A stretch of DNA of 64,000 nt from the human T2T-CHM13v2.0 reference genome, Homo sapiens. The stretch is from NCBI RefSeq assembly GCF_009914755.1, contig NC_060939.1. The stretch is one strand, 5' to 3'. A program made the translations under genes and the position numbers. The notes beneath the pieces are model-generated. The model made no database searches and had not been told where the DNA came from. It saw only the letters and a list, made by a program, of their open reading frames with translations. This document shows, in pieces, positions 26,980 to 40,325 of this stretch; position 1 is the first letter of the stretch; every line of letters starts with the position of its first letter.

Positions 26980-27125
26980 TGAGAATGTTCACTGGTGACA
27001 TTATCTCTAATCAGTTTTGAGACCTGAAGCCCAGAGAAGCTGAGTCAGTGGCCCAAGAGGCACAGAGGGATTTAATGGACAGGTGGAGATTAGAAGGGAT
27101 AATTCTAAGTGTTTAATCCTCTCTT
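26980..27125 (-). mobile_element. MIR
   Basis: ctgaagcccagagaagctgagtcagtggcccaagaggcacaga. Confidence 0.65.
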
Positions 27126-27409
27126 CTGTTGTCTGAGGCTCCAGAGAGCTAAGGACAGCTTGGAGAAGGGCAGAGAAGCAGGGAGAGGCAGTGGAAGCCT
27201 CACTGCTATGCCATCTTCTAGGTGGGAATCCCCCAGTGAATAGGCAATGCAGGGGATGCTGCTGGAGTCCTGGGTTGCAGGTGGAGTGAAAGTAAATGTG
27301 TTCTTAGCCAAGAGACTCAAATGAGCGAGGAGACAGCAACCAATTCAGGAACAAGCATCACTGAAACAATCTGAACGTCGACCTTTCACATAAGAGTACC
27401 AGTCTCCAG

Positions 27410-27970
27410 GGAAGTGGCTACGCCGTCTGGGGTATATACCCTGGGGTTCACTGTCGCACGCTGAGAAAGAATTCAGGACACAGACACATGTGGGTGGGTT
27501 AAGGAGTGGAAAGTTTAATAGAAGAAAGGAGAGAGGAGAGCATCTCCTTGAGAGAGAGACAGAGAGACATCTGAAAAAGGGGGGAGGCAGTGAACCACAG
27601 CAGATTTTGTAGGCAGGCTGCAGAAGGTGGTGTCTGATTTACAGATTGGTTCGGTCAGGTATGGCATCTAGTCAGGAAGGCTTGTTGCCTCACCCTAATC
27701 TAATGCAAATGGGCTTTCCGGTTGATGGGGACATCTTGTCTGCTCCTTTACAGTACACGTGGCTGGGAGAGAAGGGACGGTGGAGCCCCCATTTTGAAAA
27801 TGTCTGGTCCTCAGTTTCTGCCGGCATTCACCCGTGCAAGCTCCCAGCTTGCAGGCTGCTCTTTGTTAGAAAATGATTTGGGGCTGCTTTTCATTAAAAA
27901 GAAAAGCCTTACTGAGGACTCCCATTCCCTTGCTATCTGCCTAAGTAATTTCTTCTTAACTCCTATATCA
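27410..27970 (-). mobile_element. LTR9-family (HUERS-P3-type ERV1) solo LTR
   Basis: Reverse complement starts TGATATAGGAGTTAAGAAGAAATTACTTAGGCAGATAG and ends gggtatataccccagac. Confidence 0.8.
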
Positions 27971-28089
27971 TCACCAGGAGGCCAAATCACAAGAGGATCT
28001 TTAATGGATGTGAACAATACGGGGCTTGGGACCTCTGACCATGCCCAGTCAAGACACGATAGACAGCATGCTCTTTGCTCTTGAGGAGT

Positions 28090-28310
28090 AATGATCAATT
28101 CTTACATATATACAGCACCTCAGTACTCACCAAGACCTTCTTCCACATCGTTCATTTATCCTCACCATTGCCCAGCCACAGAGGCATCACCACTCTCACT
28201 AAATGAGGAAGCAGAGTGAGAAAGGTTGAGTGATTTGAGGAAGAGAACACAAGTAGAGAGGTAGGTGTTGAACCCAGACTTTCTGGCTCATGGTTCCGTG
28301 GGCTGGACTT
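28090..28310 (-). mobile_element. MIR
   Basis: ttcatttatcctcac...aaatgaggaagcagag...ttgaacccagactttctggctc. Confidence 0.7.
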
Positions 28311-28975
28311 AGCACGGGGATGTGCTAAGCTTCAACGTGCTGGGCCGTGCAAGATGCTATTATATTCGTCTGACTTGAAACAGGAGAGGGCTGGGGCCTG
28401 TGGCTCACAAAATCATTCACTGAAATTATAATGTGGTATGTGCTGATCACCAGGGAAGCTCCTGAAAGCACTACTCCCCTAGATGGGTGCTTTAGTGACC
28501 TCAGTTTACCCAGGATGTCAGAGGCTCCCCATGGCTTTTTGCCATGAAAAACAGAGGCCACCTGCTGTGGTGTCGCTTTGTCTTTACAGCAGAGTGATGA
28601 TGAGCAATGAGAGGTGAGCCCACAGTTCATATGCGGCCCTTCTGGCTTTGAGATGGGTTGTGCTCTAATTTCAGAATTTCAGTATGAAATCGGAAAGCTG
28701 CTTCCGTGTTGCTACTTCTCAAACAACACCAGATAGTAACATTGTAGTGGCCAGAAAGCAGTGCCAATTTTTTTATTGACATTTTTCTAAGTTGTAAGAA
28801 AAAAAATAGTTTAAAATGTGTACATATATTTTCAGAGAAATTCAGAGAATTTTCCAGCCTGGGAGTCACTTCTCTGGGAGAGAAATTCAGGATGGACCTT
28901 GGGGTTCAAGTTGGGTTACTGAATCTATTCTTCGGATGGTGAGATTGACAGAGAGGGGAGTTCTAGGCACAGCCT

Positions 28976-29035
28976 GTGTTTTGTTGTTGTTGTGGTTGTT
29001 GTTGTTGTTGTTTGTTTTTTTTGTGTGTGTGTTTT
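28976..29035. repeat. (TTG)n / T-rich simple repeat
   Basis: Direct reading of sequence. Confidence 0.9.
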
Positions 29036-29049
29036 TTTAAGACAAAACT

Positions 29050-29395
<346 letters not shown>

Positions 29396-29401
29396 TTACT
29401 C

Positions 29402-29404
<3 letters not shown>

Positions 29405-29442
<38 letters not shown>
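29405..29442. repeat. (TG)n microsatellite
   Basis: About 19 GT units. Confidence 0.97.
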
Positions 29443-29444
<2 letters not shown>

Positions 29445-29668
29445 CAAAAGAACCATATGGCAAGAGCAAGCCTACCATGATGTGGAGCTACCATAGTTAA
29501 ACTTGATTTTGAAGGAGAGACCAGTTTTCTCTTTTATTTCCATAGCCAGAGAGTGCAGTGGCAGACCAGCAGTGCAGGGGAAGCCCTGGCCCCTGAAGGC
29601 CTTTGTTTCAGGCCTGACCTCTGGGTCCTTAATGTTTTGTATGTGCCTGTGTCCAGGTCACCAGAGGT

Positions 29669-29860
29669 CAGTGGTTCTTCGACTGTAGCATGGTGTGCAT
29701 CAGAATTACTTGGGGGCCTTGATGAAACAGGTGACTGGGCTCTACCAGGTAATTTCTGACTCAGTAGGTCTTGGAATGGGGGTCAGGAAATTGTATTTGG
29801 AAGAAGCTTGCAGGTGGTGGTGATGCTGCTGGCCAGGGGGCTGCTTGTGGAGAACCACTG
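29669..29860 (+). mobile_element. MER5A hAT-Charlie MITE
   Basis: TIRs cagtggttct...agaaccactg; ttctgactcagtaggtct core. Confidence 0.88.
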
Positions 29861-30056
29861 ACTTAGACTGTTAACCAGGGAACAAGAATGGCACCAGAGT
29901 GGTTGTATTACCTGTTTCAAGAAGGGCACTAGTTGACAGTGACAGCAACCAGAGCTGAAAATCAATCAACTCCTGGGCAGGTGGCACAGGTGTCTAGTTT
30001 CCTCTTTTAAAGGTCATAGGACTTAGGATGGAGAAAGGCTGCAGGACTGAGAGGTA

Positions 30057-31343
30057 TTAGGTTGGTGCAAAAGTAATTGTACTTTTGGACTGTGAATTTT
30101 AAATCATTATAACTAGGCTCAAACACATCTTTATTAATCAAAATAGGAACCATTACAGTCAACACATTTTTGCCAAAGAGAAGTATGTTTGTTTATTCCT
30201 GTAGCATAAAAATCTATGCTTTGGGATTTGACCAACTCTTGGAAAGCATTTTCTGCATCCTGCTGGTTGTGGAAGCATTTTCCCTGCAAAAAGTTGTTGA
30301 GATGCTTGAAGAAGTGGTAGTTGGTTGGCGAGAGGTCAGGTGATATGGTGGATGAGGCAAAACTTTGTAGCCCAATTCATTCAAGTTTTGAAGCATTGGT
30401 TGTGTGATGTATGGTCAGGTGTTGTCATGGAAAAGAATTGGGCCCTCTCTGTTGACCAGTGCCTACTGTAGGCGTTGCAATTTTTGGTGCATCTCATTGA
30501 TTTGCTGAGCATACTTCTCAGATGTGATGGTTTTGCCAGGATTCAGAAAGTTGTAGTGGATCAGACAGGCAGCAGACCACCAAACAGGGAGCATGACCTA
30601 TTTTTCCTGCAAGTTTGGCTTTGGGAAGTGCTTTGGAGCCTCTTCTCAGTCCAACTACTGAGGTGGTCTTTGCCGGTTGTTGTGTTAAAGCCACTTTTTT
30701 TCACACGTCACAATCCAATCAAGAAATGGTTCGTGTCGTTGTGTAGCATAAGAGAAGATGACACTTCAAAACGCCAATTTTTTTATTTTTGCTTAACTTA
30801 TGAGGCACCCACTTATCAAGCTTTTTCACCTTTCCAATTTGCTTCAAATGCCAAAGGACCATAGAATGGTCCACGTTGATTGCTTCAGCAACTTCTCGTG
30901 TAATTGTAAGAGGATCAGCTTCAATGATTACTCTCAATTGGTCCTTGTCAACTTCCAATGGCTGGCCACTAGCTCTTCATCTTCAAGGCTCTCGTCTCCT
31001 TTGCAAAACCTCTTGAACCACCACTCCACTGTACGTTTGTTAGCAGTTCCTAGACCAAATGTGTCGTTGATGGTCGTGAGTTGTCTCCATTGCTTTATGA
31101 CCCATTTCAAACTCGAATAAGAAAATTGCTCGAATTTGCTTTTTGCCTAACATCATTTCCATAGACTAAAATAAATATAAAATAAACAGCAATTAATAAG
31201 TCATTAGCAAAAAAAAAACATAAAGTGAGAAATGCCCATTAAAATGACATATAACATAACCACACTTATTTAAGAATGTATCCCAATATCAAATAGCAGA
31301 TTTCAACAATGCAAAACCCGCAATTATGTTTTCACCAACCTAA
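30057..31343 (-). mobile_element. HSMAR1 full-length mariner transposon (1287 bp)
   Basis: TIRs TTAGGTTGGTGCAAAAG / TTTTCACCAACCTAA, TA duplications, transposase remnants. Confidence 0.97.
30134..31162 (-). pseudogene. Hsmar1 transposase, disabled
   Basis: MEMMLGKKQIRAIFLFEF start, WVPHKL motif, HDN followed by a stop, PDLSPTNY, GSYFD* end; frameshifts. Confidence 0.95.
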
Positions 31344-31984
31344 TATCACACCCAGAAGGAGCCCAGAGAGGCAAGAAAAACCTTCTCTCAACAAGAAATG
31401 GGGCCCAACAGGCTGCAAAGAATGAGTCATTTCATTTGAATTTTAAAATAACTTTAACCTCATTGTGTTTCCTAGCCTGGTTGAATGGGACACATTGATT
31501 ACAGAAATAATGTAACATATTTGTCAACATACGCAAGTTACAACACATCCCAAATTTTTATTTTCAGAGCGCTTGATTATTTTATTCACTTAACCTACAA
31601 GAAAAAATCAGACTATTTTAAGTTCTCTAGATTTGTACGCTGTTGAAGTAAACTGATATGAGAATTAGTGAACAGTGTTACCCTTTTCATGCAAAACAAT
31701 TTTCTGGTTCTAGAATAAATATCCATGTTCCTATGTTTACTTTTATTTCATTTTTCAAAAGATACTTTGTTCCTTATTTCTTCCTGTTATTTAAATAGAT
31801 CATGAATCATGATGAGTTCTTAAAAACTGGCAATTAATGCTTTAATGCTCTGTAAATTTTAAGGTATAAGTTAGTTAAGCTAGCCGTCTTTTGAGTTTCT
31901 CATTCTACAATTCAGTCTGTTATGTGAAAAAAAATTCTATTTTATTTCTCATCAGTTACAGAGCTAAGACTCACTGTTTGTTTT

Positions 31985-33086
31985 CAAACTTTTTTTAAAA
32001 AATCAATTTTAGATTTACCAAAGAATTGCAAAGATAGTTCAGAGAGTTCTGTATACCCATAACCAAGCTTCTCCTAATGTTAATAGTTTAATCTTCCTGA
32101 AAATTTCCTTGTGTGGCCATTTGTAGTCAATCCTCCCTCCCCCATCCACTGATCATTTTTTTTTTTTCCATATCTATAGCTCTGTCTTTTCCAGAATATC
32201 ATATAAATGGAATCACACGATAGGCAGCCTTTTGAGTCTGGCTTCTTTGACTGAACAGAATGCATTCAAGGTTTGTTCACTTCATGTACTTGCTAGACAA
32301 TTGTATATCAATTGTTCTTTTATTACTGAGTAAATGTACTAGAGTTTGTTTATCCATTAATGCATTGAATGATACCTGGGTTGTTTGCAGTTTTTGGTGA
32401 TTATGAATAAACCTACTATAAACATTTGAGTGCAAGTGGTAGTATGGATATACATTTTTGATTCACTTTGGTAAACAAAGTAAATACCTAAGGGGGGCAT
32501 TGCTGGGTTGTACGGCAAGAGTATGCTGAAAAAGTTAAACTGTCAAACTTCCAGTGTGGCTGTATAATTGTTCATTCTCCCAGCAATGAATGGGAGTTCC
32601 TGTAGCTCTGCATCCTCCTTAGTGCTCAGTATCATCAGTTTTCTTTATTTTAGTGATTCTAATATGTATGTAATAGTATCTCATGGTTTCAGATTGCTTT
32701 TTCCTAATACCTGTGATGTTGAGCACATATTCATGTGCCTATTTTGTCATCTGCATATCTTTGTAGAGCAACATATTTAATTTTAATAAAGTCTAATTTG
32801 TAATTTTTTCTTTACGAATCATGCTTTAGTGTCCTACCTAAACGCTCACTGCCAAAACAAAGGGCATACATTTTTTTTTGCCTGTGTTTTCCTATGAGAA
32901 GTTTTATTTTCTTACATTTTATATTTAGGTCTACAATCTATTTTGAGTTCATTTCTGTAAAGTTGTGAGGTATGTATCAAGGTTCACATTTTGCATATAG
33001 ATCCCCACTGGTCCCAGTCCTATTTATTGAAAAACCTATCCTTTCTCCATTAAATTACCTTTGCAACTTGTCAAAAATCAATTGAC
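31985..33086 (-). mobile_element. Old L1M 3' region (continues at 36752)
   Basis: Antisense L1 3'UTR/ORF2 text ending ttgtcaaaaatcaattgac. Confidence 0.8.
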
Positions 33087-33333
33087 CTGGCTTCTGGTTT
33101 TTGTCTGGAGATGTAGACAGCTTGAAAAAAAAGTCACTTCAATCCTACAAGAAGAAAAAGCTAGGAAAATGGAAAATTAACTTTTCTTAAAAACATGAGA
33201 GATGACAGAGCGGGCAACTAAATTGAATTCTGGAGAGATAAAGGGGCCTACGGAGTGAAATAGGACCCAAGCCTATGTGTGCCTGGGGCACACAACCATG
33301 GATGCCATATAAACAGATTAGGAGACTAAACTA

Positions 33334-33696
33334 TGTTGTGGTCAGAATGTATCCCCTTAAAATTCATACATTAAAACTTCATGACCAATGTGATACTATT
33401 AGGAGGTGGCGCCGTTAGGAGGTCATTAGTGCCTTTAAGAAAAACCTCAAGGAAACTAGTAAGGCTCTCTTGCCCTCTGTTTCTTCTGCCATGTGAGGAC
33501 ACAGTGTTGTCTCCTCCAGAGGATTCAGCAACAGGGGTCATCTTGGAAGCAGAGATAGCCCTCACGAGACACCCAACCTGCAGGTACTTTGATCTTAGAC
33601 TTCCAGCCTCCAGAACTGTGAGAGATACATTTCTGTTCTTTATAAATTACCCAGTCTCAGGTATTCTGTTATAGAAGGAGCAATGGATTAAGAATA
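33334..33696 (+). mobile_element. MSTC/MSTD MaLR solo LTR
   Basis: gccatgtgaggacacag...gacttccagcctccagaactgtgag...ataaattacccagtctcagg. Confidence 0.88.
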
Positions 33697-34907
33697 ACAG
33701 AAATTTTTAATAAACTGCTAAAACCTGAGTGTGGGCTAGAGGAAGAGGGTAAAGCCCTTGAGGGCAGCAGATATAGGCAGATACAGAAGGTTTTTACCCT
33801 GTGTAGGCCTTTTCTCCAGTAACTCACAGGGAGGATGGGGTAGGATTCAGGGAAAACTCCCTGTCGCCTTTCCAACTCTGGTGCTTGTTGTTAGGGGATG
33901 AAAACAGCAGCAGCCAATGTGAAATTCAGGCAGGCCCGTCTCCCATCTCTCCTATATAACAAAAAGTTTAGTCTGCAGGGAAAGGTTATCGAGGCTTGTA
34001 GCCAAGTCTGTGGTGGAATCTCATTGCAGCTTGGGTGGGGGCAGGATAGAGACAATCACCAAACCTCTGCCCAGACACATCTCTTTATTGCCCTTAAGCT
34101 AAAAAATAAAAGCCACATTCTGCAGGGGACAGGGTGTTAAAACCATAGCCTGAGGATGCTGGCAGATACCAACTGCAGCTGAGGAGTGGGGACAGGAGCA
34201 AAAGAGGTTCTACTTTTGGAGGAAGGACAGAAACTCTTGTGAAGGCCACCCCCCTGAAACTAGGTTCCCAGTAGCTGCTCAAGTCTGATGCTGAGTCAGA
34301 GGCTGTTCTCCTCCCCAACACGACATGACCAGCATGCTAACCAGCTCATGTAAAAATATAATAGGGAAGTTTGCATGGACAGCTGTAAGAGGCAAAGTAT
34401 TTCTGGTGAGCAGTACAAAGCAAATACCCAAAGCCAATCAGAGAGACAAAAATAAAGTATCACTGGAAGGACTGGGAGTCTCTGGTGTCCATTATCAACA
34501 ATAAACTCCAAGTCTGGTAACTATAGCAACAATGAACTTCAAACACAGCTCAGCTCCTGACTAGGTTAACACGAACCCTCATACTAGAGCCTAGTTTAAG
34601 CAAATGCACGCTCATCTCTCAAAAGTGCTTATCTCAGTATTTGCTGTCATATATAATATGTCTAGCTTCCAACAATTTATAAGCCTTATCAAATGGCAAT
34701 AAAAATACACTGTGACAAGATAAACTATCATCAGAACGAAGCTCAGGTATGACACAGATAATAGGATTAATGGATGGGGAATTTAATAGAACTATAATTA
34801 ATATGTTAAAGTCTCTGTTAAAAAGATAGACAATATACAAGATCAGACAGGTAATTTCAGTGGAGAGATGAAAGCTGTAAGAGAGCACTAATGACAGCAC
34901 TAGAAAT

Positions 34908-35187
34908 GGATGAAGAGAGAGTGATTAATGGGTACAAAAATACAGTTAGATAGAAGGAATACATTCTAGTATTTGATAGTACAGTAGGGACACTGCAGTT
35001 AATATATTATGCATTTCAAAGTAGCTAGAAGAGAAGAATTGTAATGTTCCCAACACAAAGGAAAGATAAATGTTTGAAGTGACGAATATCCCAATTATGC
35101 TAATTTGATCATTATGCATCGTATACATATATCAAAATATCATATGTACCCCCAAAATATGTACAACTGTGATATATCATTAAAAAC
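34908..35187 (+). mobile_element. L1MA 3' end nested in the ORF1 remnant
   Basis: taatgggtacaaaaatacagttagatagaaggaa...catatgtacccccaaaatatgtac. Confidence 0.88.
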
Positions 35188-35617
35188 CAAACACAATAAC
35201 AGAAGTAAAGAATGCTTTCGACATGGCCAAAGCAAAGATCAGTCAACTTGAAGATAGGTCAATAGAAATTACCCTAACTAAAATGCCAAAAGGAAAAAGT
35301 TAGGAAATAACACAGTAACAACAACAAAAAAAGCATCGAAAAGTCGTGGGACAATTACAACTTTCTCACATGTGCCTATTGGGAATACCAGATGGAAAGT
35401 AAAAAAGAATGAGGCAGAATAAATATTTGAAGAAATAATGGCTGAGAGTTGTTCCAAGTTAGTGGCAGATACCAAACCACAGATCCAGGAATCTCAGAGA
35501 ACACTAAATAGGATAATGCAAGAACAAAACCAAACAACACACATAGGCATATTTAAACTGCTGAAAACCAAAAACAAAATAAAAATCTTGAATGGAACCA
35601 GAGGAAAACGCACATTA

Positions 35618-36153
35618 ATGTAGTCCCCGCTTTTCTGTGAGGGATACCTTCAAAGACCCTCAGTGGATCTCTGAACCTGTAGCTAGCACCAAACCCCATA
35701 TATAGTATATGTATTATGATTTTTTCCTATGCATGCATTTCTACAGTAAAGCTTAATTTATAAATTATGCACAGTAAGAGGTTGATAACAATAACTAATA
35801 ATAAAATAGAACAATTATAACAATATACTATAATAAAATTTATGTAAATGTGATTTCTTTCCCCAAATATATATATATTTTTTAGGTTGTCAAATTGTAT
35901 TTTCTCAAGTAAGGATATGAAAAAACAAAACAAAATAACAAATAAATTCTAACATTTTATATCATCCCAATTTAATTTTTAAAAGGATGTGAGAAGAAGA
36001 AAGGAGGGGGGAGAGGAGGAGAAAAGGACGTGCATCATCTGAAAATGAAGGGTGTTCTTTAAAGCAGCAAAGTTAGCTCAACAAAACTTATTGTGCTTTA
36101 TCATGGGGAACTGACATAGCAGAAAGTGGAACCAACGGTAAGGGGGGACTACT
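35618..36153. mobile_element. MER44 (Tigger7 family) with an unexplained internal insert
   Basis: gtagtccccgcttttc...ttaatttataaattatgcacagtaagag; right end taaggggggactactg followed by TA. Confidence 0.85.
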
Positions 36154-36751
36154 GTAACTATGGAGGAATAAGGACAAGAATTACAGCAGACGTCTCAACA
36201 GAAACCATGCAAGCCAGAGACAACGGAGTGAGATTTTTAAAGTGTTGAAAGAAAAAAACTGTCAAAACAGATTTCTACATCCAGGAGAAATATCTTTCAA
36301 ATGTGAAAAACAAATAAATACTTTTGTGTACCAACATAAACTGAGGAAGTTCAGTAATATTTCCTACTTTACTGGAAATATTAAAGGTAGTTCTTCAAAC
36401 AAAGAATTTGTTTGGAACTTAGATCTGCATACAGGACATAAATGAAGGGAAATATGCTTTATCATATTTCTCGCTGTAAAATATACTTTATCATATTTTC
36501 TTGCTATAACAAGTAACTTGACTGTTTAAAGTAATAATAACCATATATTATATGGTTATGGTGTATGTAAGAGTAAGATGAGTCACAATGATAGTGCAAA
36601 AGATGAGAAGAAAGAATTGGGAAACACTGTTGTAAGATCTTACATTACATGTGTGGCAACACTGTTATTTGAAGGTGGACTTAGATTATTTAAAATTGTA
36701 TATTATAAAACCTAGGGCAATCACTACAAGTGTTAACAACACAAAATGTGT

Positions 36752-37790
<1,039 letters not shown>

Positions 37791-38036
37791 ATATTTTTGG
37801 AAAAAGGTAAATCATTTTTATATAATACAATAATTGATATTAATTTTAAAGCAGTCTTGTAGGAGAAACCATACAATTTCCCCATATAAATATAGTATAT
37901 AATAACCTAGGATCCAGTGAAAAAAATTGCAAGTTGTAAATATTCAACTTACAACTTTCTGTATTAATTAGAATTAATATTCTAATCCTGAAAAAAGTAC
38001 AAAACAATGTCGTCATGAAGAAACATATGGAGTCAG

Positions 38037-38213
38037 GAAGGGGAACATCACATACCAGGGACTGCTGTGGGGTGGGGGGAGGGGGGAAGGGATAGCATTA
38101 GGAGATATACCTAATGCTAAATGATGAGTTAATGGGTGCAACACACCAACTTGGCACATGTATACATATGTAATAAACCTGCATGTTGTGCACATGTACC
38201 CTAAAACTTAAAG

Positions 38214-38258
<45 letters not shown>
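38037..38258 (+). mobile_element. L1PA3/4-type 3' end with (AAT)n tail
   Basis: Perfect 19-bp TSD aagaaacatatggagtcag at 38018 and 38259. Confidence 0.95.
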
Positions 38259-38260
<2 letters not shown>

Positions 38261-38799
38261 GAAACATATGGAGTCAGTGAAAATGGTTGCATAGCGGTCA
38301 ATAAAAGTAATTATAACTCAGGGCACTTAGACCAGCACTCAACAGTGTTTTTGAGCTGACCGGGAAGGCTGCTCCCTTGAATAACTCAGGAATAACCTTC
38401 AAGGCTTTTCTGCCTATGTAGGAGCTTTTACCTTCCATTGGAGCCTGTGCCTTGTGAAGTATTTCTGGTGTTGGTGACCTCCTACCTGGGCGGTATACTG
38501 GGCCTCCAGGAAGGTAGGAAGAAGTAATGGAATCTGGTGCTCAAGAAAAGACTTGGAGCTATTTTTTACCAGAGTGGTCAAAGATGTGTTGGCATCTGGC
38601 ATTAGCTTCCCATTGGTAAAAACACATTCGTATTCAAGTGTGAGTTGGAGGGTAGGTGGCTCTCTATGCAGATAAATAGAGGAGTAAAGAAAGAGGTAGC
38701 TATTATTTGAATTTTGTCCTTCTTTGGGGCAAAAATTCAGGTCATTTTGACTTCTTCCTTATTCTTTTTGGCATTTTTTGAATGATTACAACCGGGCTC

Positions 38800-38900
38800 T
38801 TTTCCTCCCTCCTTCCCTCCATCCCTCTCTCCATCCCTGCCTCCCTCCCTCCCTCCCTTCCTTCCATCTGTCCTACCTTGCTTTTTCCCTCCCTTCTTTC
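38800..38900. repeat. CT-rich (CCCT)n-like repeat
   Basis: Direct reading of sequence. Confidence 0.85.
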
Positions 38901-38906
38901 CATTAA

Positions 38907-39065
<159 letters not shown>

Positions 39066-39861
39066 TAATTAAAGAACAAAACAAGACAAAAAAGCGATTT
39101 TACTTTGAAAAAGTTGTGGCTGCCAATCAGATTTTTTTTTCCTCGAATAGTCCCAGATCCAAAAAATGCAGCTCCTGACTACCCTGGAGGTTTAGAAAAT
39201 CTCATTGCGTTTTTGTGTTTCTCCTCCAGTTTACTGAACTTAAATTGGAGGCCCTAGCTCTATATGGGAAGAATGGAGGCAATATCCAATCTTAGCTTAG
39301 ACTTAGACTGATTCAAACTAGAGCCAAACGGGTGTTTTCCTGGGCAGATATAACTGTCTTTTAGTAATTTCTGACTCTTGACAGAATTAGAACTTTTTTC
39401 CTCCTGTGTTGAGATAATCTGCTATTTCTGTTAATAAACATGTAAACTTGCAGCTCTGGAGAGCTGTCTGACCTGTTCAGATTCTCAAGAATTCTTATAA
39501 TAGATTTCCAACATCAACTCCTATGTTTATTCTATCATATGGATCCTGAAATTCATATTCTATTATTAGTTAACAAGCCTTTAAAATAAATATAGCATTT
39601 ATATTCCTGTAATATCTTCCACTGTCAATATTTACTTTAAGTTCAAGTAGAGCTTCTTCCTTCCACTGAACATTTAAGTTAAATGATTTATAAGCTCATC
39701 ATTTCTCCATTATCTCCCCCAGAAACACTTATACTTGAGTCACTCTCGTCTGTGAACTTTTACTGTCATCTCCACTTTACCTCTTTCCCCAAAGATTTCT
39801 CCTGGTTCAGCTGAGCCAAGTGAATGGTCCCCTTGTAGGGAGCTTTTGTCATTTTTCAGGC

Positions 39862-40325
39862 TGTTGCTAGAGATCTTATGTTTTGGGAATTCTCCAGTTG
39901 AAATCTTTTTGGGAGGCTGAATTTCCCTCCACTCTAAATGTCCAAAGGCCAGACACTCCCTTATTTACCCCCTGGCAAGCAGTAGGGCATTGCACAAGAC
40001 CCAGGCTTCATTAGTCAAATGTATTCACCCTAGACTTTGAATAGGGACCTAGGTAGTGGTGCACAGAAGCTGCGATCAGGAAGGATCTGTTAGGATAATT
40101 GCAGCAGTGCCACTGGGGCCAGTATCCAGCATGCAGGGTCAGTAGAGGCAGCAGGACAAGTTTTGGCATCCAGAGTGTAATGATAGTTGTGGTGAGCTCA
40201 CGGGGTGGGCCCTGTCTGCTGCGTAATCCCCTGCTTTGCCATGATCAGTTTTCTAAACCTGCTTCTCTTAGCTTCCTGGCAGCCAGTGTGCTATACACAG
40301 GGCACAGAGAAAAGATACTTCCCTA
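39862..40325 (+). mobile_element. LTR33-like ERVL LTR
   Basis: tttttgggaggctg; gacccaggcttcattagtcaaatgtattcaccctagactttgaa. Confidence 0.5.

Larger units (their letters stand above)
33087..36751 (+). mobile_element. Old L1 5'UTR+ORF1-only insertion
   Basis: ORF1p remnants in ORFs 35438-35623 (QIQESQRT...KLLKTK) and 36242-36445 (LKEKNCQ...ISFK); perfect 14-bp TSD aaaaatcaattgac. Confidence 0.82.

Noticed and set aside
30134-31162. Possible SETMAR exon or retrocopy
   Set aside because: Both TIRs and TA duplications are present, there is no SET-domain sequence and the ORF is broken, so it is an ordinary Hsmar1 insertion
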